This document shows positions 25,287 through 35,075 of a stretch of DNA of 64,000 nt, piece by piece. Each line of letters opens with the position of its first letter. Within the stretch, counting starts at the first letter, position 1. Source of the DNA: Haliotis rubra (lineage: Eukaryota); NCBI RefSeq assembly GCF_003918875.1, contig NW_025767406.1:310001-374000 (forward strand), given 5' to 3'. Made by a program: the position numbers and the translations under genes. The notes beneath the pieces were generated by a model. That model saw only the letters and a program-made list of their open reading frames with translations. It had not been told where the DNA came from and searched no databases.

Positions 25287-25463
25287 CTTTATGGATAACA
25301 ACTTCTTTTTATTCGTGAGTGCGACGTTTCGATACAGATTTTTGTACCGTTGTCAAGCATAATGATTACATTACATTAAAGATTAATGTCATTATGCTTG
25401 ACAACGGTACAATAATCTGTATCGAAACGACGCACTCACGAATAAAAGATGTTATCCATAAAG
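25287..25463. mobile_element. Inverted pair of Penelope-like pseudo-LTR ends with degenerate hammerhead-like core
   Basis: ~78-bp near-perfect inverted arms; each reads cttgacaa-cggtaca..tgtatcg-aaacg...aataaa. Confidence 0.65.
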
Positions 25464-25840
25464 GAATATTGTACTTCCCAACTTCTAAAATGCCACTGGT
25501 AATACATTAGGTGCCCTGTCATCTGTAGATACCGTTATAATTAGTATCGTGGATTTCAAAACGTATCTTCTGTCATTATATAGTTTGAAAACACACTAAG
25601 AATTTCGTGTTTATTTTCTGTCTCGTTTGTTGGCTTGCTAACGCATCTCCTCGAACACAGTTAGAAAGGTTAAAACAAAAGTAAGTGGGTATATATAAGC
25701 TGCAAGCAGTGCAGGTAGCATGTTGAGGGAATCGATCCGTAATCATGGAATAAAATGTATTTCAAGTTTCCACCGTTTCGAGTTGACACCTACATGTGTA
25801 GTTGAAACGAAAAGGTGAACCTCAAACCAATACGTATGGA

Positions 25841-26070
25841 ACCCGTGAAGATCCGGGTTAGAATTGGTTTTCAGCAACCCACCCTTGTCGTAAGAGGCAA
25901 TTAACGGGATCGGTTGTTTAGACTCGCTGACTTGCTTGACACAAGTCACCGTATCCCAGTTGACTAGATAGATGCTCATGATGTTGATCATTAGATTGTC
26001 CAGACTCGATTATTTACAGATCGCTGCTGGGATATTGCTGAGTGCAGCGCTAAACAAGAAACAAACCAAA
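25841..26070 (+). mobile_element. Headless structured retroposon SINE-B (representative; others ~15765-15915+, 18193-18425+, 23300-23407-, 26773-27022-, 47925-48155+, 51290-51527-, 56469-56630+, 56970-57150-, 63320-63550+)
   Basis: Starts acccgtgaagatccgggttag, contains tgtcgtaagaggcRa.taacggg, ends with the tail shared with SINE-A; TSD-like flanks (aaaccaatacgtatgga / aaaccagtacctattga). Confidence 0.9.
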
Positions 26071-28063
26071 CCAGTACCTATTGAACGAAGTTATGAAATA
26101 AGGTGAGGTGAGATGAAATTGGGTGTAACGTCGTGCTTGAGAATATTTCGCTCATATCACGACGTTCATGTATGTGCATATGTGCGGCTGCTTGTACTAG
26201 CCCAGACTGAAGCTGGTTTCATAGTGCTAGCAAACTGAGATACCATGACGTAGTGAAGCATGAATGTTAATGATTTATTAATTTTACTTAAGTTTGCATA
26301 TCCAAATTCAACGTTGAATCACGATGCTGATGCTCTCAAGGTACAACCTGGCAATAAAGTGCGCAGCTTTGTCCAATATCTGTTATAAGAAACAATGAGA
26401 TGCCGATTCTATCATTCATGGTAAAGCCATTTCTATACAAAAACCTAACTAAGTTAGAGATATCTTCGTTCAATGGAAAAAAATCGAGCTTTAGACTTGG
26501 TTCTGTGTAAGCGAGGGGAGCCCGCGAGAAGATCGAATCTTGTCATGTCATACGAGTCGGCAGATGCTTCTGCTGTTATGAAATTGCTTATAATTGCCGT
26601 TAAGCTACACCATCTGTTCAGTTTAGATCATGAAAACTCCACGACACGAGAATGCATCAGATGACGTGAAGACGTCTAACCGTTTTCAACTAAGTTGGGT
26701 CAAGGACGTAAGCTGTCGTGGCGATGGTCCTTCTGCATACTGTTTTGTGTACTAGTGATGCTTTGAGTCGTTAGTGAGTGAGTGAGTGAGTTTAGTTTTA
26801 CGCCGCACTCAGCTATATTCCAGCTATATGGCAGCGGACTGTAAATAATCATGTCTGGACAAGACAATCCAGTGATCAACAGCATGAGCATCGATCTACG
26901 CTATTTGGATACGGTGGCATGTGTCAACCCAGACAGCGAGGCTGACCACCCGATCCCGTTAGTCGCCTCTTACGACAAGCATTGGTTACTGAAGGTCAAT
27001 TACAACCAAGATTTTCACGGGTCTTAGAGTCTTTCAAAATGACGGACTTAACATGTTTGTTAAGTTTGACAATTTTGTTTGTTTGTTGTATAGGTCCAAA
27101 CTCTTCACGAGTGCATTCAGGCGCCATGCTACCTGATCAGCCTGGACAACACAGTCCAGTGATTGATATCATGAGTATCGATCTGAACATTTAGGACATG
27201 ATGGTAGTCATCTGTCTGATCACCCTATTCCCCCAGTTGCCACTCTGGGCGGTTTATTCTCTGGGTTTACTACTTTGAAGTAGACATGTGTGTTTGTAAC
27301 AACAAATAAGGGCGGCACGCAGGGATTATCAGATTGACCGGTAAGACACCTGCTGACCACCACGTCATGCCTAGGACGCGGGGTCAGGGACGCAAACTAA
27401 CCATTCACCCCGATTTCCTCCCGATCCGAGTCCTCTTGCCTGTTAATATCATGACCATCATTCAAAGAGGCTTAGAAAGAGGTAAATGTTCAAAGTACAA
27501 AATATGATTAAATTAAAAGGACATTAAAGAACTATATGCTAAGCTGTGATAAGACTTTGTGAGTCGACCAAGTTTGATGCACGTGAAACAAGTTCCATGA
27601 ACTTCTCGCACATACACCTCGACTCGTGAAACGCATGTATACTGTTCATACGTTACAACCCCAGGAAGGGACGGTGGGGTAGCCTAGTGGTTAAAGCGTT
27701 CGCTCGTCACGCCGAAGCTCCGGGTTCGATTCCCCACATGGGTGCTATGTGTGAAACCCATTTCTGGCGTCCCCCGCCGTGATATTGCTGGAATATTGCT
27801 AAAAACTAGACTCACTCACTCACTCGCTACAACCCCAGCACATTTATCGATAACGTAAATATTTTTTTTGCCTGTGTTGTTGGGCCCACAATGAGATAAC
27901 ATGTTTTGATCAAGAAATGAGTAACAAAGTAAATCATAAATATTCAAATATTCCAACCGACCTTGTCTTCGTAAAACATAATGTTTATGTGTTATATAAA
28001 ATATAATATTTTACAGGCACAAATGCAAACGATCTTGTTATTTCATCTGTTCCAACCTCTAAG

Positions 28064-28151
28064 TGAGTGAGTGAGTGAGTTAATATTTAACGTCACATCG
28101 GCAATATCTCAGCCATATCGTGACGAAAACAATTTATACAATAAAAAGTGA
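28064..28151 (-). mobile_element. 88-bp 5'-truncated retroelement 3' end with 13-bp TSD
   Basis: TSD tccaacctctaag on both sides; minus strand gatatggctgagatattgccgatgtgacgttaaatatta(actc)n. Confidence 0.85.
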
Positions 28152-29247
28152 TCCAACCTCTAAGCGTCTTGACTGTCAACATAAAAAGATTAAGCAGAAT
28201 TTATTTAAATCCAAGGTCTGTTTGACAATAACACACACGCAAAAACAAACCATCAATATATTTCTACAATGGTCAAGCAGTGTGTAGTTCGTCCAATGTT
28301 TATTAAGATATAGTTGTCACAAAAGTGTGAGACATCTCAGTACTAGGTTCCGCGCAGTCCAGCTGTAGACAAGTTTAATATTTGATGGCCTAGCGTCTCG
28401 ACACAAATACTTCATCGCCAGTTCAATTAGTGCAAAGGGATTCTAAATATTTAACAAAACCTGGAGCAGTGTCATTAGTGGAAGCATCGACCATCAAGTG
28501 TACAATTCCCTCACTAACAACCCATAGGGCATTTCTTTCAAAAGAAATATTTAAACTCCGATTGAACGTAAATTGGTTGTTCTGTTTCAACTATAAATCA
28601 GATAGTACTACACTATAAAATATACGATACTGAATACAATTTACAACTATCAACATGTTTTATAGCATACGCAATTATGATTCTAAAATTAGATTAAAAC
28701 CTGCACTGAACAGAGGGAATATGTTGTCGTAGATTTGAAATGTCATACCCAATCAAATATGCCTACTTTTTCTGTTAAATACAATATACACGTCATAGAG
28801 GACATGTAACTAGGCTCGGTAATAGGCTAAAATATTACCACTGGGTGTACAAGGAGAGATAGTGGTAGAGAAGATGAAGGTATTGCTACAGCAAAGTGAT
28901 GCACCATGTACTCTCTACCCACCCAACCCCCCAAAACAAACAAGGACAAACAAACGCCAAAACAAACACACAAGAAACAAAACACAAGAAACACAAAGAC
29001 CCCCAACCCCAACCCCAACCCCAAACAAACAAAACAAAAACACCCCCAAAAACAAAAAAAACAAACAAACTAAAACAAAACAACAAAACACAAAAACACC
29101 CCACATCCATCAAACGAACATACAAACAATAGCATAAAACCCAAACAAAACAACTAATAAATGAAAAACCCCACAAAAACAAATGCAAAACAAAGAAACA
29201 AAACAAACTAACAAACAATAAAACAAATCGAGCGACCCCACCACACT

Positions 29248-29285
<38 letters not shown>

Positions 29286-29671
29286 CAAAACAAAAAGAAA
29301 CAAACAAAAAACAACAAAAGACCCAAAAAAACACAAACAAAAAAAACCCAACAGCAACAAGAAGAACCCACAACAAAAAAGCACAAAACTAAAAAAAAAT
29401 AATACACGTACTAGCGTTTTCCGCGTTTTAATCATTTTACTATTAATATCCATTCTTTTTTTCACTGTTTCTGATGATCATTAGTAGCTGGTGAGGATCC
29501 AGGTTAAAACTGGATAGCAAGAATTGTGCATCAGTTGGTGAGTGAGTGAGGGATTGTAGTAGAGTTATCGCCCCTTTGAACACTATTTCAGTCACACCAA
29601 GGCGTGTCAACTCAACGTCCGGAGTGATGCTAGACTTTGACGTACACCGCTTTGGTGAAATAACCAAACAC

Positions 29672-30143
29672 TAGGGCTGTAACGATGCATCGAACTATCG
29701 ATGCATTGCAATTGTTGAGTCTCCGATAGCAATTAATCGATGGTAGAAACGAAAAACTATCGATGCATCGATAGTATGTGTGACTATCGGTAGTTTAATA
29801 ATTGACTTCCGTTGATAAATGCGCAGCGCAAAATATAGGAAGACTTGGTGCAGACTTGCAACTTCGTTGAGTTTATGTCTTAACTGTTTACTTGATCTGG
29901 GTTTCGAGTGTCTTGTCAGTTATTATAAGAGACTGAAACTACTTCAACTTGTTTTTATTTCATATAAACTATACATTCATTTGGGTAATGACTTCATATG
30001 AGACAATTCAAGGTCGCAAGTTGGTCGCAATAGACTATCGCTATCGCAATAGTATGTTGCAATAGACTGTCGCCATCGCAATAGTATGTTGCAATAGAAT
30101 ATCGCTATCGCAATAGTTGTTTGCCCCTCAATAGTCACCCCTA
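29672..30143. mobile_element. hAT-superfamily non-autonomous element
   Basis: Termini TAGGG...CCCTA; exact 8-bp TSD ccaaacac (29664-29671, 30144-30151); subterminal atcgat / atcgcaatag repeats. Confidence 0.88.
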
Positions 30144-31009
30144 CCAAACACGTGTATGGCTGTAACAGCCATGGAAACATAATCATGAATAACCGGGATT
30201 CGAACCTACGATTATCGGTTTCCGTCCTCCATCAATCAAAATAGGAATAATATGAAACCGTCACTCGATTCATTAACTAAAGATGAGAAAAACACTAGAA
30301 AAACAGGCAAATGGAATAACCAAGCTGTAAGGTTGATAGAACTTCGTGCTCCTAAAGTTACTGTTAACGGAGTCGTAATTAAGTTCAGAATAAATAAATC
30401 GTTAAGTAATTCTTGGCATAAATCAGTTCAGGCCGAGGGATCAGGGTGTAATTTAGTCCGACAAAAGTTGTTTTCTGTAGATAATTACATTCAAAGCTGT
30501 CTCCGTAAGATTTAGGACCGCACCGATACATCAGAGGATGTAATGGCGCTTCCGGGTGCATGATGATGAACATGCGCAGACGCTCAATAATACGATCAAT
30601 TCCGGTTACTGAGCGAGAAGAGTCGTGCCGGTTTAAGCCAATAAGTCAGGTGTCCACCAGACCATGTGGCAATGCTAGATGATTTTCCTTCAATGGTACA
30701 AGCTACGTCAAGTTCAAATTTCAGAAAATTAGTTAAAAATTCATAGCGTGGGTTTATTTTCGATCTATCTATTATCGTGCAGTGAAACTAACTTCGCACA
30801 TGAGGAGATGGAATGTGATAATGAAGAACGGCAACTGTGAGGAGCGTGTTGCTGAAACAGCAGCTGGTGATGTTAAGTGGACAGACTTATATATGTTTGT
30901 GTGGACAGGGAAATGTTTAACGACAAAACATCAGGCAATACGTTCCGATCCTAGTCAGGCTCGCTGACATTACGGCGTCTCTGCATTAGACAAGAACCGC
31001 TATTGATTA

Positions 31010-31090
31010 AACGAACGAACGAACGAACGAACGAACGAACGAACGAACGAACGAACGAACGAACGAACGAACGAACGAACGAACGAACGA
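31010..31090. repeat. (GAAC)n microsatellite
   Basis: ~20 perfect units. Confidence 0.97.
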
Positions 31091-32329
31091 TCGGAAATAA
31101 AAGCTATGCCCTAAACTTGATTGAACACAGCTCTTAAATGTCTACACATGTTTTGAAGTAATATATGTTTACTTCCGTTGTGAGGTGCCAAATTGATTTT
31201 AGTCGAAAAATTATTCTATTTACATTCAAAGGAAGACAGCTTTCATCTAACAAGACACAAATATCCTTTTGAATAACTGTTTAATCAAATAGGGGAAAAA
31301 ATTACGAAATAGATTCATGGATTTTAGTTTCAAGGTCTGTTCACCTTGACGACAATAGTTGTAAGTGTACTTGTTTTTGTCAATAAATCAACACTTTATC
31401 TTTAAAAGATCCACACGCTTTAGATTCTTCAATTTAAACAAATCGATTCTGGGATGGGTTTTGTTTACGTAATTAAACACATAACGCATGTTAATGACCC
31501 ATGCAAAATACAAAGTGATTGTTTCAGGATTGATTAAATTGAACTTTAGTTCCCGTGACATAACGCCCACCGTCTTTGAACAGTGTTTAAAAAGTGGTCA
31601 TTGGCATGTATTATGTTTATCCGTGGCCAAGTGGTAAAGGCTTTCGCTCGAAGAGCCGGCTTCGATTCCCTTATAAACATTGCTAACACTGACGCAAACC
31701 ATTGCTCACTCTCCGATGTGCTCACTATACGTAAAATTGGTCCAGTGGAATGTGCGTGTGCGTGTGCGTGTGCGTGTGCGTATGGATGGGAATCAGTACG
31801 GAGGGAAACGTAGGTTGCAGACGCACGTTGAGCGAGCATACTACCCACGTCACTAATACGTANNNNNNNNNNNNNNNNNNNNNNNNNNNNNNNNNNNNNN
31901 NNNNNNNNNNNNNNNNNNNNNNNNNNNNNNNNNNNNNNNNNNNNNNNNNNNNNNNNNNNNNNNNNNNNNNNNNNNNNNNNNNNNNNNNNNNATTACAACA
32001 GGAGAACGCTTTTGAATATTGTCCTATGTGCAATTGGACATACTCAAACCATTTAGATTAAAATGAATACAAAAAGCACACAAAACAAAAACCAAATGCC
32101 AGGCAAAAGAAAGTAATCAAGTTCGTTTGTTAGTACGTCAGTTGGTTAGTCTGCCCATACACATACACATTGTAAGTACAAAGTTTAAATGAGTTTCTTA
32201 AAATGCATATTTATTCTTTACTTTATTATTTACAAACAGAAAAAGTCAAAGCACCAAATTTGAAAGCGAGCAATTTGTGATACACAATACATATTTACAA
32301 TTTATGATACAGGTACATTTCTCTCAAGT

Positions 32330-32880
32330 CGTACATAATGAGATGGGAAATAGACCTTTCAGATGTGTTGCTTCCTAATGTGAATCCCTTGCATTTGCAA
32401 ATCCACACAGTCAAGCAGAATATGTTTGATGGTGAATATTTCATCGCAAGACATACACTCAGCTATAGGAGGACCATCTCCATCTGTTTCGAGCATATAG
32501 TCATGAATAAACCGACTGTGGCCAATACGACATCCTTGTAGAATTACCTCATCACGCCTTGACTGACAACCCAAGTAGGTGATGGTTGATTACTATTCAT
32601 GAAGTTTATTTCTTCCTACCTGGGCGTCCCACATTTTTGTAATTAGGTCCCGAATATAACTTTTGATAGTCTTTGAAATCGCAATACGGGATTAGCAGTG
32701 AGCTTTTGTATTACCTGCTCTGCCTGCTTACCTTGCTAACCAGCAAAGGACGATGTCATTTTGGCCAGTAGAAAGATCGTTGTACAGGTCTAAAATATCG
32801 AGGATAATAGGGTGACTCGAAGTGACATTCTAAAAAGTGTTTGAAGACAATGCATTTGTGAAAATGATGAAATTGTTTGA
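32330..32880 (-). mobile_element. I/Nimb-group LINE 3' fragment (RNase H remnant plus C-terminal CCHC)
   Basis: HPIILDI..NDIVLCW (RNase H) and RRDEVIL..CRIGHSR..H.Y....C..C...TIKHILLDC. Confidence 0.8.
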
Positions 32881-34279
32881 ATGGTTTTGTATTCTCAAAC
32901 CGTTGTTATACAAGAACTGCCGTTTTCAAGTCAAGCCTAAAACAAGCGAAACCATTGAAACACTGCATACCTAAGGTACAAAGCACGATACCAGTATCAA
33001 ATACATCACCTCACCAATTTCATTTTTGTTTCATTTCTAGCCACAGTCAAACATTGGTACATGGGTTACCTTTCCCTGGCAATGCCAGAGTGAATATGTT
33101 TTTATGCCGCTTTATACAATATTCCGCCCATATCCTATCTGAGCACAAAACATATTGTATCCATATGGGGTCGAACCCAGGCCTACGGCAACACAAGCAA
33201 ACGCTTTAACCGCCAGGCTACCTCACCACTCAGTACTAACAGGGGCGGTGGGATAGCCTAGTGGTTAAAGCGTTCGCTCGTGACGCTGAAGACCTGGGTT
33301 CGATTCCCCACATGGGTACAATGTGTGAAGCCCATTTCTAGTGTGATATTGCTGGAACATTGACAAACTCACTCACCCAGTGCTAACAGGAGGAAGTATT
33401 TGAATCTCTCAATTAATGTTGTCACATTACTAAACATACAATATGATATACATTCCACATATACAGAAAAAACGATTCCATATTCTCGTAAATAAATCAA
33501 ATAAATCCAAAGAAAAACTTATAAAAGTCACAGGATATTGAGAATCTGATAAAATAGTGTGGCATTGACGTTAGTTGGACAGTTGGGAGGTAATCTTAAC
33601 ACATGTCACGAGTTTTGAATACACGTTGTCGTAGTTTCCTAATGACATCCTATGAAGGCCAGTAATTGGTTATATATTGATTCTGCGACAGGGAATTCTA
33701 GAGACGATGAAAATATAATTGAAGGCCCTCCGCTAACACTTGAAGCTTGCATTTGCATACTCGTCAGTGTTCGCCACTATTATCTTCATCAAGCCGATTC
33801 GATTTTATCCAATTATATGACTACGCCAGACGACGGGGCCCTACACACGTTCTGTTGAAAGTCATGTGGAAAATATCACCTTTGCATCAATTGATGTCGC
33901 GCGAGATCTGTGTTCAGATCACGTGATCAAAGGGCACTCGGCGGTGTATTTAATTGGCTAAGTGGATTAGAACATATTTAGAAATGCTTTCACACCGCGT
34001 TTCAGACCTGTGCATGTGGTGGAAAGACTAGAGAGGTAATATGTTTGTAGGCGGCGAGCTTGGTGGGGATTAATCCATAGAGAATCTTAGAATATGTTGA
34101 TGTACTGTATGGCCAAAAGATGGCAACACAGTGTTTCAATACTTGATCGTGTCTGTATCATTGTCAATCTAAGTGTGACTTGTTTGTCAGATCCATCAAC
34201 TCTCGGCTTGGTTTGTTGGTATTTGCAGGTCGAAATAGTTCCGAGTAGGTCATTTTCCATTTAGAATAGATGGCCGAGT

Positions 34280-35075
34280 GATTGATTGTTCAGGTGGCAG
34301 ATCATCTTTGTCGATATCCACATCTTGCTAGTTCAGTGGGCACATGATCATCGTCGGTGCCCATACCGTGATTGTTAAGTGGGCACATTATCTTTATCGA
34401 TGTCCATACGTTGATAGTTCAGTGAGCACATTATCTTTGTCAGTGTGGACACCTTGACTAGTCAGTAGGCACGTCATCTTTGTTGATGCCCATACCTTCA
34501 TTGTTCAGTAGGCACACCAGCTTTGTCGATGTCCACACCTTGATTGGTCAGTAGGCACATCATCTTTGTCGATTTTGCTACTTCAGTGGACATAGTTCTG
34601 TGTACGTTGGATATACACATACCCTGTCAGGTCTGTGTACGTAACATATATCCATACCCTATCAGGTATATGAACGCCACATATATCCATACCCTGCCAG
34701 TTCCGTATGTCGGATATATCCACACCCTGCCGGTTCTGTACGTCGGATATACCCACACCCAGTAAGTTCTGTGAACGTCACATATATCCACACCCTGTCA
34801 CTTCAGTCTACGTCACACATATTCATACCCTGTCAGTTCTGTACGTCACATACATCCACACCCTGTCAGTTCTGTACGTCGGATACACCCACACCCAGCA
34901 AGTTTTGTGAACGTCACATATAACCACACCCTGTCAGTTCAGTGTACGTCACATATATCCACACCCTGTCAGTTCAGGTTTACGTCACATATGTGTACGT
35001 CACATATATTCACATCCTGTTAGTTCTGTGTACGTCACATATGTCCACACCCTGCCGGTTCTGTACGTCACATAT
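34280..35075. repeat. Diverged left flank of the 33-bp satellite, preceded by a related ~40-bp diverged repeat
   Basis: gttcagtgggcacatcatctttgtcgat units (34280-34590) grade into ccctgtcagttctgtacgtcacatata units. Confidence 0.85.

Noticed and set aside
28827-29465. Hydrophobic F/V/L/C ORFs (also 16288-16710)
   Set aside because: A/C-rich low-complexity tracts
30558-30616. C/D-box snoRNA (ATGATGA...CTGA)
   Set aside because: Only ~55 nt, 2-bp terminal stem, no recognisable rRNA guide and no host intron
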